A stretch of 64,000 nt of DNA from Ptychomitrium polyphyllum (lineage: Eukaryota). A program made the position numbers and the translations under genes. The notes beneath the pieces are model-generated. The model saw only the letters and a program-made list of their open reading frames with translations, was not told where the DNA came from and ran no database searches. Position 1 is the first letter of the stretch. Every line of letters starts with the position of its first letter. Below, piece by piece: positions 1 through 14,360 of this stretch. The DNA lies in assembly GCA_973851085.1 (NCBI GenBank), contig OZ316776.1, forward strand, positions 12,214,001 through 12,278,000, written 5' to 3'.

Positions 1-1300
1 AGCTCCAAAATGCGGAGGCTCCACGTACATTGCCTCTGCATTGTATGAAATGATCCTAGACGCAACTATAATCTACAGCAAATAGCAATGCCAGCAGTTC
101 CAAGTGAAATTCCTGTCCCGGAAATGCACAATGTTGTTTCAAATTTGAGGTTATGAATGAATTTGAAGGCGTGGAATGTACGCTCCAAGTTCGGGTACAT
201 CCTACACCCTAAACCCTACCCAAATTCAAGCTTTGGCACCGAAAATAAGCTTACGAAACGTAAGCAAAAAATCAACGATTCCTTGAGAAAGACCAAAGAG
301 AGCCTTTGGAAGCAAGCAGAGATAAGGATGCATCTCCGTCAGCTGGCTAAACAATTCAGAAATTCATAACCAAACAATCATACCTTCTTTTTTGCGTGCC
401 TGACCACAACTGTACCATCGATCCCTCAATCGACAATAAAAATCACATCGCCCTTGTATCTAGCATCCCAAATATCAAAGGAACAGAAAGCAGCATCAGC
501 GATTAAGAACGATGACGAAGAGCAAGAGTAAGAGCAGAATTGCCCTACCCCACAACGAAACAAACAATGAAGACGGATGACGATTAAAAAAGAAGACACA
601 ACTAAGCTGGCAACCATATGCGCTACGCGTTGTACGTTCTCCAAACGAGCTTGATGACAATTGAAAACAAATGCTGAAGCCACATTCACATACTTGCCAA
701 TCTTCGGACTATGCTACCAAAAGTAAGCTGTCCGAAAGGTTCAATTTCCAAGTCCATCTTGCCCTTCCGCACATCGGCACTGAAAACCAATCCTCATTAC
801 ATGATGTCGATCGAAAACTCTAGTTGAGCTCCACGCAACATCATATCCAATCATGCACAGGCCAAATGTTGTTGAAGGTACGATCCTTGAAAAAGTCGGC
901 TCCCCTGACGAACTCACCACCTACTCTCGCCATCTGAACTTCCCATCTGAACTTCCCATCTGAACTTCCCATCTGAACTTCCCATCTGAACTTCCCATCT
1001 GAACTTCCCATCTGAACTCGCCAGCTGAACTCAACAAATGAGTCACCAAATGAACCGATCTATCGCAGGGATGATGTTGCAGCGAGTTGCAGCGCCATCG
1101 CAATGCGCAGGATGTTGAAAGTCTGGAGATGTAGACACTGCGGTCGAGCTCTGGGCCTCGATAGAGCCTGTGTAAAGAAAGTCACCGGATCATGTCACAT
1201 GTGAGACGGACTCGTGCGCCAAGCGTGAGCAATTGGGTGAAATGCACAACAAACAAACAGTGAAGATGGTGTCGTGGCCGCCATCGCCAGGGAACGCCTG
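1..1300 (-). other. Probable 5' end (leader or first exons) of an unidentified minus-strand gene running off the left edge
   Basis: GC-richer island with plausible minus-strand splice signals: donor GTGAGT at 917, acceptor TTTTCAG at 780, acceptor GCTAG near 460, donor GTATGA near 383, acceptor GACAG near 112. No recognisable protein domain. Confidence 0.35.
931..1018. repeat. 13-bp tandem repeat (CATCTGAACTTCC) x6 plus a partial copy
   Basis: Read directly: six perfect units at 931-1008, a 10-nt partial unit, then a degenerate CAGCTGAACTC. Confidence 0.95.
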
Positions 1301-1354
1301 GTCGCTTCTGCGACGGATCCACCTGGTCGACCGACTGTCTTGTGCCCACGCCGT

Positions 1355-1386
1355 CGAATCGGAATCGGAATCGGAATCAGAATCGG
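1355..1386. repeat. (GAATCG)n hexamer microsatellite
   Basis: cgaatcggaatcggaatcggaatcagaatcgg. Confidence 0.85.
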
Positions 1387-1699
1387 GGCTTCTTTCATTG
1401 GGGCTTCACGGGATGATCATGTCTCGGTTCGCTTCGTCATTTTTCATCCACCGAACCCCATGGATGGACTTCCACGCGCCCGTTTCTCCTTGGTCCATAG
1501 CGTGGCTATTTTGTTTTCCAGCTTTTCCAGTTTCAGTCGAAGGTCTCATGGCAAGTATGGGGACTCTTCTTCTTGTTGGCGAGCTTCTCAAATATCGCAA
1601 ATTGGAACTACATTTTATTGGAATCTTGCAAACAAACATTCACTTTATTTTCTTTCATTTGTATTAAAACTTGATTATAGTTGTCAAAATGAATAGCAT

Positions 1700-4600
1700 C
1701 ATTTTAAAAAATATCTTCAGCTTATTATATTTTCTTGAAGAAAATCATTTAATTGGTTTTATAAGAATCTTTTATTAATACAATTTTGCAAAGACTACTT
1801 TATTAGATAAAAGAATTTTATGCTAAAAAATTTAGCATCTTTTAAATCTATTGCAATCACATTACGGGTGCAATTGTTTCATCGAAAATTTCTACACATG
1901 ATTATATATTTTAAATTTCCATTAAAATTCCATTATATATATATATAAAATCTTGGTTGTTCTTTAATTCCAAATATGGTGCAAATAAAATGTTCACAAT
2001 ATTATTATTATATTATTATAAACATTCTATCTAATATAATATATTTAATTAGTGTAATTATTAAATAAAATATAAAATTATTATAAAAAACTTGGATTGT
2101 TTTCATACATATAAAAGATCTATCCATTATCAACATTTAAATAATTAATAGTAGGCATATAAACACCATTCAATATATTATTAAAAATATGTTATATACT
2201 TTCAAATGTAACATAATGGATGTATATAATTTATATATTTATTAAAAAATATTTAAGTTTAAATTCACTTTGAATTAGTAATCAATAGATTTGAATAAAA
2301 GCATTGAAGTTTAATAACCATTAAATGCATATTTAATATTTTAGAATATATGAATTTTATAATTAATGTTTAATTTAAATTTTTTGAATTTTAATTAATT
2401 TTGATTATTTATAACAAGATTGCATTTTATGCACCCAAAATCTTTTGATAATACATGAATTTGTTTTTTCTAAGATTAAATTTAAGTTAAAAAATTTGGT
2501 TGTATTTTTTATTAATCCATTTATAAACCAATTTGGTTTTTAAAGACATCATTTTTTAAATGTACATTTATAAATTAATTTGAATATCTTAAGAAGTAAA
2601 AGCCAAATAATAATAAAATCTATAATTATAAAAATACAAAATTAACTACTTTTAAGATTTTAATATTATTTAAATATTTTAAATTTAATATTAAATAGTT
2701 TGATTAGAATTTTTTTATTAAACTTTATTGTATATAAAGAAATTTTATAATTACATTGCAGGCTATTAAATTTACATTCATAAAAAACTGCTTATCATTA
2801 TTATATGAAATTCATTAAAAATCAATTGAGCAAATAATTAATTCAACATGCAATTTTTAGTTTATATTTAAAATAATTTTAACTTATTTTTTTAAGTACA
2901 TGAATTTAATAATTTTTTTTAATATTTACATAATAAGGCATACATTGATAATTATCATATTTTAAATATATTTGTAAATTATTTTTGATAAATTATGAAA
3001 ACAAAAATAAACAATATTTATTTTTTTACTAAATTTTATTTTATAAGTCATATAATTTTTGAAAGCAGTAAAATTATGGACTTTTGTTTTATTATATTTT
3101 AATATTTATTCCAACAAATGTTCCATTCAATAAAATTATAAAATTTTAAAAAATATTTATTTGTAGAATATAAATATCTTTTATTTGTAGTCACTTATAT
3201 TACAATTATTCATATATGATTTTATTTTTTTTAAATTAAATCACTAGATGTATTATATTATATTTATACTATTGATGATTTTTTAATGATAAATTTCAAA
3301 GGAAATGTTAATTCTACTAATAATTACCATGCATTCATCTTTTTAATAAGATTTTATTTTTTATTTTTTTAAAAAACATTAATTTATATTTTTTTTAACA
3401 ACAATTTTAATTGAGAATTTTATTCAACAAAAAATTTAGATATTGATTGTAAAACACTTGTTTGTTATTTTTGAAATAAAGATATTATAATAAATGAAAT
3501 CATAATAGCTATTTTCAAAAATATTTAAGAAATGGCAAACTTTAACATCATATTTAAGTTTTTATATCATTTTAATTTACAAAAATCAATAACAAATTTG
3601 ATGTGCTATGAGTTTGTATAATATACAAACAATTAATTTTTTTAAATATAAAGGGATTTAAACTATTAGCGTAGTTCAAAAATATAATATTAATATGAAT
3701 ATAAGTAATTATCAATTTTAACTTGATTGTAAACTTGAAATTAGAAAATAAAAAAGGGTGTTTGAAATTAAATGCACTTTGGAATCTTTAAATTTGAAAT
3801 AGTAGGATTAAAGAACTTAGCTTATTAAGAAGAATACTAAGTTGATAAAATATTTATCTTTGAAATCTTAAGTGATTAATGCAAGTAGTATATTTGATAA
3901 TGAAATCCAATCTTAAAAAATATTTTTATTATATTAATTTTTATTACTTATTAATTTAATAATTTGATTAATTTTTATTTTATTTTATTTAAAAAAATTA
4001 GTGTATCATATAATCATAATTTTATTGTTTAATCTTAGTTTTATTTATTATTAAACCATGTAATTTATGTTGATTAAATTGTTTTATTAGTGTTCTTTTT
4101 TAATATATATGAATAATTTTTTATTCTAAAATTATTTGAATTAAATTTATTATTATGAAATCCTTAACTTATAAATAAATCAATTAGAATATAACCTAAG
4201 GTAGTGAGACAATTAAAGAGCTATTACATGTTTGTACTTAGATATATTCCATCTAGAAATAATTATAAATAGAAAGGGCTTATAAAATGTTTTAAAGATA
4301 ATTTTGTATAAAGCCATATTAATTATATTAAAGCTTAGTGATTTTTTTTTTAAAAACAAATAAATAAATAAATAATAAAGACCTTGACATGATATTAATC
4401 TTGAAATACATATTCATATTCAATATTATATTTTTAAATATCTATCAATTATAATAATTTATTTACTTGTAAATAACTGATAGTTTATTTGAATATTAAT
4501 GTAGTATAAATTATCTTATTTAAAATTAATGGTTTTATAATTGGTTATAAAATCATATTATGGTTTGAATATGATTGAATTGCATAAAAAATATAAAAAC

Positions 4601-7600
4601 ATAGTATTAAAAGCCCAAATTAACAAATTAATAAATATTGAATTACTTATCGATGATTTTATATCCAACTTGATATTTTTTTTAGGAAATAAAATATGAT
4701 AATGAAATGAATTGATTATACTAAACAATTGTCCTATAATTATACTAAATGATAATCAATGACAGTTGCTAATGATTATTTGTTATTCATCCATATCAAA
4801 ACAATATATGGAAGATTTTTTTTTATAGTTGTGATTATAAAATATATAAAAAATTAACATATTTATTAATTAAATCTTAAATAACAAAAAAATGCTCTTA
4901 AAATAAATTTATTTAATATATATTAATTGCCTAATAAATTCTATATTATTCATTAATATTATAAATAGCTTCAATTTCATTACACATACAATAAGATTTC
5001 TTTAAAAATCTTCTACATTATATATTTAAAAAAATACTTTTGAAAATATTTGTTCATTACATTTTAAACTACTTTATTTGAAATTCAATTTAAATTGATA
5101 TATACTAAAAAGGCTTTACTTAGAATTATTAATTTAAATAAAAATTATAAAAATTTATTAAAATGGAATTTTATTTTATTAAAGAAAATATTTTTAAATT
5201 ATAAATAAATTCATGTAAAGTATGTTTTTGCATCATTTAGCAAGTTTTATACATTTTTTTAATATAAATAATTTTTTGTTATATATTTTCTTTGATAAAT
5301 GGTAAAGAATAATTAAATTAAGAACCTTTTTAAACTAAATCAATTGTTAAACTTTTTCAAAAAAAAACTTCAAATTATATTTAAATGGTAATATATATTT
5401 TCAAAGAGAATTTTGAATAATTCTTATAAGTATCAAAAGTATTGATTTGGGATTTTACATTTCATTAATCACTTTATGCATTTGATTTTTTGTCATCAAT
5501 TTTATTCAATAAATTGAATATCTAGATTAAAGTTTTTGATGCAAGAATATAAATTATTTCATAGTATATAATATCATGAAATTTTAATATAATATTTCAT
5601 GCAACATACAACATTAAGTTTATTTCTACAAGTATGGAAGAGAATTTATTATTGTATCATTTTATTTTTTCTGAAAAACTATTTATTCTTTAAAATTATT
5701 TTGTAGATTTATTATAAGTATGGTTATGGATATGTTATTTGATAATTAACACAAAATAAGACATTTAAAGTTTTGAATAAATATTTAAAGAATATAAAAA
5801 ATAAATATAAGTTTTATAAATATAATTTAAAAAATTCAAATCAATTTTAAAACATGTACATAAACATGATGTGTATATATTTTATAATGACAAAATCAAT
5901 AGCAAGACCTTAAATTCTATTATTTTTGCAAATAATTATATTTACTTTTAATTAATATAATATCACATTATATAAACGGAATTTAAATTGATTATTAAAA
6001 AAATTTAGATTTACTATCAATAACTATGATTTAATTTAAATATTTAGTATAATATTTTTATTTGAATGAAGAGTAATAACAATTGAATAATATTTCAAAA
6101 ATTACATTCATTTTCTATCACATAATTTTATTATAATTTATAGAGATATTCTTATTTTATTCTTATAATAACCACCAAATGCCATTTTTTTTTTATTTCA
6201 TTATTATTTTTTTTTTCCATTTTTTAAATCTAAGGAGTTTGTTTAGTTTTTAATTTTATTCTAATCAGTCTTTTAAAGTAAGTCTTTTTTACATATCATT
6301 TTATTTTAATAATATTTCATTTTTTTATATTGTCCTTTCTTCATATTTGTATTTAAAATTTATATTATCTTTTAGAAAGTAGAATAATTCCAAATTATAT
6401 AAATTTTTTGATCAAAAAGTTGTGTTGATTATTTAATAATCATGAATGAGTTTTTTACAATTAAATTTAAAATTATTCAAATACATCATCTTTAATGTTA
6501 TAATTAGTAATAGGATGCAAAATTTAAAACAAAAATTATATCCATATCAAGTTATAAAATCAATTTAATTAAATAATCTTATCTTGATCTTTTATAAAGA
6601 ACCAGGCATTCATGATTAAATTAAAGATTGAGAAGAACATTTATTAAAACCTGTTTGAATAATTTTTAATAACTATAAGTTTAAGTGAATATTATAGATT
6701 GAAAAACCCTTTTAATATTATTTTTTTAGTGGTATTATTAAGCTGCAAGAGTCCACAATTAGAAGTGGAGACAAAATACAATTGTGATTTAATTATAATT
6801 TTTTTAATTGATACCACAACAAAATTTCATAAATACACTCATGAATATTATTAAAAAGATGCCATAGCTACAATTCATAGAAAACTGTTGTTGTTTTATA
6901 TTTGTATAATCCACCTAATATTTTTTCAAATACCATTATGTGCCAATTCTATAACAATTATAATTTATTTTTCAAAATTAAATATAATTTCATTATTCTT
7001 GAAATAGTTACAATTCTATTCTAAATTAAGTATTGTAATCATTTATGATTTTGTTGTTTTTCTTAATGTTATAATTTCCTTAATGCATTGTAACATTATG
7101 ACCAAAAAAATTATATTAAAATGCATGTTTTCACCTTATGTTGAATATTTGATAGATGAATAATTATGAATCATAATACAATAATAAAACTCATAAATCA
7201 TAAATGTAATACACATTTTTTTTTTTTATGGTGCACCTTATTAAATAAATAAATATATTTTGTACCACTTAAATTCTAAAAATACAAAAGGATTACTTTT
7301 TGGTCAAAAGGTTAGCTTTATATTTTTTTGTTATAATAAAATAATAAGGTTTTACATTTTAAATACAAAAGACAAAAAAATGGACATACATTCAATACAT
7401 CAAATTGTATATTTTACGGCAATTTATATCCTAAATTTTATTACTTGTGATTCTTTAAAATAATAAATTTCTAAAAAAAAAGTCTTAAATGTTGTTTATT
7501 TAAGCTTTCAATTTTTTTAAATTTCCAATATGAATATGTGTTGAATAAGACTCTCAACCTTATTAAAGATAAATTAAAACTGATATGATTGTTAATTTTC

Positions 7601-8000
7601 ATGTTTTTTGATATTTTTCAAATATTTATCATTTATAGATGTTTAATTTAAACTAACATTCAATCATTTAAAAAAAAATAGAAAAAATTCTAAAGCTTTT
7701 AATTGCTCAAACATTTAATTCATATTTTATTGAATGAAAGAAGTTACTTGAATAAATACAACATTATTTTCAGAAATTATTAATATGTTTTTTTGGAATA
7801 AAATTTAAAGTAATTTTAAATTCAGAATCTAGAAATCATTTCAAAATCATTGGTGATAGTAAAGATACATCCAATTAGATAGATACAACTTATAAGTCAT
7901 AATTTAGAAAATTCAAATTAAAAGCCAACCAAACCAGGCTTCAAAATTGAATCTTATAACATAGGAATTCAAAATGTCAAAATTTGAAAGTAAAAAAAAC
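1700..8000 (+). mobile_element. Extremely AT-rich eroded transposon relic, possibly Helitron-derived
   Basis: About 6.3 kb almost devoid of CpG, with no ORF of consequence. Faint ordered motif ghosts: KFQ..LPCIH (~3290-3340), LINGK (~5292), ATIHR (~6867). The family call is weak. Confidence 0.35.
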
Positions 8001-8660
8001 ATCACTAAAATAATTAAAAGAAACAGCATTCAAAAATATGAGACACAAAAAAAAGGAGTTTCTCTTACTCGACATCCATATAAACAAAGCATCAATATCC
8101 GTTCCATACAAGAGGTATGAAAACCCCTCAGGGACTAAGGAGATGCATACCCAAAATCGTCATTGTACCATTAAAAACCGAAACCATCAACGGCTTTCAT
8201 AGACTTCACGCATAGACTGTACGCTCCAGGTAGAGAACACGGGTTCGGGGCACACCTATGGCTTTGGGAATGGACCTCCCGCGGGCTACTCCCCTTTGCC
8301 GTGGAGGGTAGCGCAGGCTTCCGACACGTGGCGGAACCGCGCGATTCCGGCTTCTCAAACCCATGAACGCCCGCTGCATCACTCCGCTAAGTTTAGCAAA
8401 GCTGTTTGTGGGTAGCTAAGTTTAGAGATGCTCCTTAGCTCAAGCTGAAGCAGGCTATGGGGTGACGATGAGTGAGGCAGACGGCGCAGTGAAGGAAGCG
8501 GCTTCGTCGTCAGGAGCTTCTGGCGAGCTTGGAACTTACTTGGCAGTGAGTGCTGTCGCATTGTGGATTCTTTTGCGGTGGGGCAGCATGTGCACGGTGT
8601 TCTTGTGTTCTGCGATGCTGCGGTAGGCGTTAGGGTACTAGGCTACGAGGGACCGCAACC

Positions 8661-11600
8661 ATGCGCATCGTGACGTACAACGTGAATGGACTGCGAGCTC
8701 GCCTTGTGCCGCCTCGCACCTTGCTGTCTTTCCTGGACTCCCTTGAGTCGGACATTATCTGTTTGCAGGTGGGTGGTTGCATTTCCTTGCTTCTGTCTTT
8801 GGCTTTGAATTGACTTACCTTGAGTTTGCTGAGGTTTAGTGGAGTAAGGGGCCGTTTCCATGCTTCTTGTTGGTCTGAAAGCACGAGGATGTAGCAACCC
8901 ATGAGGGTTTAGGATTGTGGTCCTAAACTATCTTGAACTACCATGACATGCTGGATTCCGAACAATTGGGAGCATGGCAACTGCCCTTAAGAAAGAAGTT
9001 GTTCAGTATTTCCTTGTCTGTTCTGAGTAGAGGATGTCTATGTTTCCATGTGATTACTCGACCCCGACATTGCACAGAGAGGATATAATTGATGGCAAAG
9101 AAGACAAAATTGAAACTACCTTGATGCATACATTTACCTTTTGACTTCTGAAGGTCGGGTCGGGTCGGGTCGGGTCGGGTGGTCACATAGAAATACACTC
9201 TGATTCGAAGTTCTAGTAATTTGAAAATTGTGGTTTTACCGTCTACAAGACGACAAGCTCAAAGGGTTTCGTTTTTGGGTTGATCTAAGTGGGAGGTTGA
9301 CTTTGCATGTTGACATCCTCTTCGGCAGGAGAAGATTGGACATTTTGATTCCTACTTAAGATTGGACAGTTTGTTGCATTTCATGAGGACTACGTTGGCA
9401 TGTTATAATCTAGTTTTAAAAATCTTGATCAAATATGGGTTTCCTTATTCAGGTGAGAATTACGGGGCTAGTGGCGTGTTTCTGAAGGACGAGCACTAAT
9501 GGGTGTTGTTGAATATTGCAGGAGACCAAGACGACGAGGCAAGAGCTGACGGCTGACATAGCAGTGACAGAAGGATACGAGTCGTTCTTCTCTTGCACCC
9601 GAACTGTTGCAAAGGGACGAGTTGGTTATTCTGGTAAGAATCTAGTGTCGTGTATTTGCTGAAGTTGATGCCATTTAATATTCAGAAGCTAAGGGCTGAT
9701 ATGAAGCCATTTTGTGATGCTCTACATTGATAGGATCAAATGCAGAGCTTGCGCTAATTTAATAATTTTCAACAGGCGATAATATTTTGAATGAAAGTAT
9801 TTAACTCTCCATTTTGTACATGCAGGAGTGGCAACCTTTTGTCGCACAGGCACTGCTGTGCCTCTCACTGCTGATGAAGGCTTTACAGGTACACAACGGA
9901 CTTTACAGAACCACGCTGACCTTCTTTTCAGGATTTCAAGCTCACTAAGACCCTCCAAGTCTTTCAAAAATATTACCTTGTGGTATTCAGACCTCAATTT
10001 GGTCTTGCCATCTGGCCATTTTTTCCCTGACGATGTGGTTTGGTAGTTTGGTCTTCCGTTTTGGATGTTATAGAGCGTCGGTATCTTAACATTTTATGTT
10101 TCTTCAGTATACACGTTTTCTCAATCAACGCATCTTATAGCAGGCCTTCTTCATGTAAACCGAAATGGAGAGATAGAAGGTGGCAAAGCACGGGTTGGGT
10201 GTTATGAGGAGGTTTTGAACACTGAGGGTATGAGCAGGCAGGAGTTACTGCAGCTTGATAGGGAGGGTCGCTGTCTTGTTACCGACCATGGCTCTTTTGG
10301 TAAGTTCAATTTCACGAGTTGCCAGCGCCCTTTTGATTTCTCCTTCTGCCAGAACTCTGAGCATACACAATTGATTACATATTGTCTTTTTTTCGCTGGA
10401 GTTTTGACCGAAGATAATGATTTACGGTGCAGTTCTATTTAATCTTTATGGACCAAGCGTTGTCTGTGACAATGAAGAGCGTTATGATTTTAAGTTAAGG
10501 TTTTTTCGAGCTTTACAGGTACTTCCTATTTCCTGATATATTTATATATTAAACACTCATGAGTATTAGGAGGCTTCAAATCTTTAATCGTGGTGGGAAT
10601 ATGTAGAGATGTATGAATATATTATGTATGAGCTGAAATCGTTTTGCGGCTGAAACTTTACCACATGCATACTTATTTGTGCAGAACAGGTGGGAAGGGC
10701 TGTTGAAGCGTGGACGAAGAGTGATAGCAGTTGGCGACTTTAATATATTCCCTTTCCCTATTGATTTCTGCAATCCTGACCCTGATTTTGATCAGAGTTC
10801 GTACGTTTCCATTCTCAATCTTGACTATTTTATGGTCCGGTCTTGATCTCTCATGTGCCAGTTGCGTTACCTGCTTAAACCAAGTCGAGATCGGGGTTTT
10901 GAGGAAGCGAGATTTGAGATCTTCATACTTGATTAGTGTAAGTTGCTGATAACATTGTAATTTGGTTACCTGTTCTCCAGGATACGTCAATGGTTTCGAT
11001 CTCAGCTGCGAGATTATGGTGGCCCTTTCTTAGACGTTTTCCGAGTGATTCATCCGAATAGGTTGTTACATCAACTTGTAATGGGTCATTAGTTAGTTGT
11101 ACCTTGCACATAATAAATCAAACTTCTTCATTCAGTGAAATGTTTCTAGCAAAGTCTTCTGCTCCATTTTGATATTGAACTTTGAACTCCCCTTTTTATA
11201 GCAGTATAACCAATGCTTTGTTGATAAATAATTAAGGAATTGCGGGACAGCCGGGCACAGAACTGCAATTAATAGCCGATTGAGTGGTAATGTACTTGTA
11301 TGCGTTTGCAGAGAGGAGGCTTATACGTGTTGGAACCAAAAGTCAGGTGCAGAAGAATTCAATTACGGATCTAGGATTGATTTGATCTTAGCAGCTGGCA
11401 CTTGTTTCCACCAAGCTCAATCTGATAACAACACTTTGAATGATGAAGAGAACCACCACTTTGGAGCCTGTGAAGTCGAGGACTGTGACATTCTTCAACA
11501 GTTCAAACGCTTCAAAGCAGACTCTCTTCCACGGTGTGTAAATTAGTTCTCTTTGGTTCCAAGTCTTTGCTTGCCAGTCACTTGGTACTGAGTGTGATGC

Positions 11601-12946
11601 TGATTACTGGTTAACTTCACTTTGGTGATACTCAAAATCATTGTCTCTGCCGTTGGTTTGTGTGTTTCATCTGGCTAATTTTGCACGGTGCTTGAGCTTG
11701 CTGCAGAAGGGGAGGGGAGAAATATGAAAAATTGGAGGGCTCAGATCATGCACCTGTTTATGTGAAACTTAGAACGCAGCCACTCTTAGATCAACATGAC
11801 GTGCCCCCTCTGGCGGCTCGTTTCATGCCAGAACTTCGAGGACGCCAGCAAAGCATTGGTAAGCTTTCAGGCCAGTATTGTGGATTTTGCCATCAATGCT
11901 CTAGGCTAAAGCTACAGATGAGTTATATGTGTTTCAGGAATATTTTGCAAATCTCAACCTATGTTATTTTGCAAATCTATCCCCTAAACGTGAGTAAGTT
12001 CCGATCCCACCATTGCTCTCAGTTTGCAATTGTACTTACAGGGGCCTGGGTTACTCTGCAGTATCTTTTTTACCCAAGAATACAAAAAGATCTGCTGGTA
12101 GTCAATTTACAGATATTGAAACATGCTCTATGGTGAAGGAAGTGAAAATGAAAATGTCGCCTCCTGTAGCCACTCTTGTGAAGAAGAGTGGACCAAAAGC
12201 GACAAAGAAGTTGGATTTCAAAAAAGGTAAACAAAAAAACCTCCGATCTTTCTTCATGACCTCAGCAGCAAAAGGGAAGGAAAACACGGATGATGTGAAC
12301 ATAGTTAAATTCGTCTCTCAATGTTTAGATTCTGAAACTCCTGTAAAAACTGGTATAGCACAGTTTCAGGAGCAAGTAGACAGCCCACAGAACGAGTTCT
12401 CGTTCCTTCCTGAGTTTGATGTTAGAAGCATAGACACGAGCACTCCACAAATGTCGCAGATTTCAGGTAGTGAAATACTGCCACTGTCAGATAGCCAAGC
12501 GATCAATGAAGAACCCATTGACTTGTCATCTATCAGCCCAATCAAGCATGAGACAAACAATGAGCCTCAAAGGAGTGATTTTGAAACAAGTCAACAATCA
12601 GCAGCGAGAACCGAATGGCAAAGAATTCAGAAGGCGATGATGAAGAGAGTCCCTTTGTGTTCGGGTCACAACGAGCCATGCGTGGCCCGCATAGTGAAGA
12701 AGCCGGGTCCCAACCTTGGAAGAACATTTCACTGTTGTGCTCGAGCTCAGGTGCGGCCCTGCCTCTCTTCTTTTACTACCTTCTGCCTTTCACGTTATCG
12801 TGAGTTTCTGTTTTGTAGTTGGCTTGCAAATGCTTCCGTTGGGTGTCTCAGATGAATTAGCCGTTGTGCTTGTACAGGGCCCAGCTTCAAATCCTGAGGC
12901 CAGGTGTGACTACTTCGAGTGGCAGAATAAGAATAAGAAATCTTAA
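8661..12946 (+). CDS. APE2: DNA-(apurinic/apyrimidinic site) endonuclease 2 (ExoIII/EEP domain, PIP box, C-terminal Zf-GRF)
   Basis: Exons 8661-8768, 9522-9633, 9826-9888, 10144-10299, 10433-10518, 10685-10800, 10981-11061, 11312-11533, 11707-11858, 12062-12750, 12878-12946; all GT-AG and in frame. Motifs: [67 protein letters not shown]-like QKNLRSFF, Zf-[33 protein letters not shown]. Confidence 0.95.
9152..9180. repeat. (GGGTC)n pentamer microsatellite in APE2 intron 1
   Basis: aggtcgggtcgggtcgggtcgggtcgggt. Confidence 0.9.
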
Positions 12947-13487
12947 TGAGGAGCACCTTTTGATAGTTTTTTCGCTTGAAGTTGGAGTCAGAGCTCGTGG
13001 CGCCATGAGTAAAGCATGTACATATCGAAATTTTCTACTGTTTGTAAGCACTCGATGATACAGGATTATGTGAAGATAAGGTGATCTGCACATCTTAAAT
13101 GGTGTCGTAAGGTGGGAGATAATTTTCCAAGGTGAAATAGAAGAACCTGTAGTATGCAAGTTGAATTATGTTTTTGTTACCAAACAATAGATTTGTTACA
13201 ATTTTTCAAATAAAAAAATCTGTGAAATTCTATATTGAACACTATAATGCCGTTTTTGCACATGATGGCGCCTAAAATTGATGATTGTGATGCACAAGAG
13301 ACTAAGGTAGATGTTACACAAAATTTATATGCCTTCGTTGTACTCCAGTAGAATCTTAGTTGTGGATGAGTTTTGTAATGGTAGTTGAGAGAAGCTATAA
13401 AACTTGTGAGACTCCATTTAAGGTCTGTTCTTATGTTGTACCTCAATAAGGCTCCTATTGGTTCTTTTTCATTCAAAGAAGTTCTCC

Positions 13488-13606
13488 ATTGTGCTTGCAC
13501 CCACTTTGATTTTGTGTAGTTCAGCATTTGTGTTGCACCCACTTTGATTTTGTGGAGTAACATTTGTGTTGCAAGATTTTGTATAGGTTAACATTTGTGT
13601 TGCAAT
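13488..13606. repeat. Degenerate ~35-38 bp tandem repeat (CATTTGTGTTGCACCCACTTTGATTTTGTG core), 3-4 copies
   Basis: Repeated ttgcacccactttgattttgtg and acatttgtgttgca segments downstream of APE2. Confidence 0.75.
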
Positions 13607-13962
13607 TGCTAATTTGAAAATTATTATATGAAAGGTTTTCCAATATGTAACCTTCATTGGAAAGCTTGACATTATTCATACACTTGCACACTTACGTAAC
13701 CAAGTAGCAAATCACAACTCCATAGTTGGTAGGAAATCATCTAGCACCTATAGGTTTCTATTAGATTCTTTTAATTTATATAAATGTAATGTCACCTTTA
13801 ATCTTTATACTTTAGCCAAAATAATTCAAAGAACAAATTTTCCCTTGTTCTAATTTCATTACTAATTTTTTAAAGTTAATCAAATAGAGAAAAGAATTGC
13901 AATATTGATAGCAGATACAAAATAATATTAGAAACAAATAACAATAAATATTAGGAAGTGTC

Positions 13963-14308
13963 TAGTACGGACAGAGTAACTACAAGACAAGGCTTTAGGA
14001 TTCCAAGATGTGGAACAAGATATGTCCAAGGTATATTAGAGGTAAAGAACTGTAACAAGGTACAAAGATAAGGCCAAAAGGTCTAAATTAGATCATAAGA
14101 GATGTGTTGTCAAGACTAAAGCTCCCTTCAACCTCGACTCCTATATATATTAGAACTACAAATCCTGAAAGCTTCTTGAGAAGCTTCTATTATATTGTTT
14201 CATATTCAAACAATCTTGAGTTGTTTTCTAAGCCAAGGAACTTCTTTGGAAGTTTCTTAAACCTTCTAAGAACCTTTCTAGATGCTTCTAATAAGCATGT
14301 CCGTGACA
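13963..14308 (-). repeat. 3' LTR
   Basis: Aligns end to end with 19679-20035. Starts TGTCACGG on the minus strand directly after the PPT and contains a TATATATA box at ~14141-14150. Confidence 0.93.
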
Positions 14309-14360
14309 TCACCTCCCTTTTTAGCTCCGAGGTCTCCAAGGAGCATATTGTAACAAATGC

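Noticed and set aside
931..1018. Possible CRISPR-like array
   Set aside because: The repeats are contiguous with no spacers, the context is eukaryotic, and there are no cas genes.
1233..1696. Two overlapping ~140-aa ORFs
   Set aside because: Non-ATG starts, low-complexity runs from the GAATCG microsatellite, and no recognisable domain. Probably promoter or leader sequence.
7229..7241. 13-nt match TGGTGCACCTTAT also found near 48504
   Set aside because: The flanks do not align, so a chance match in AT-rich DNA is likely.
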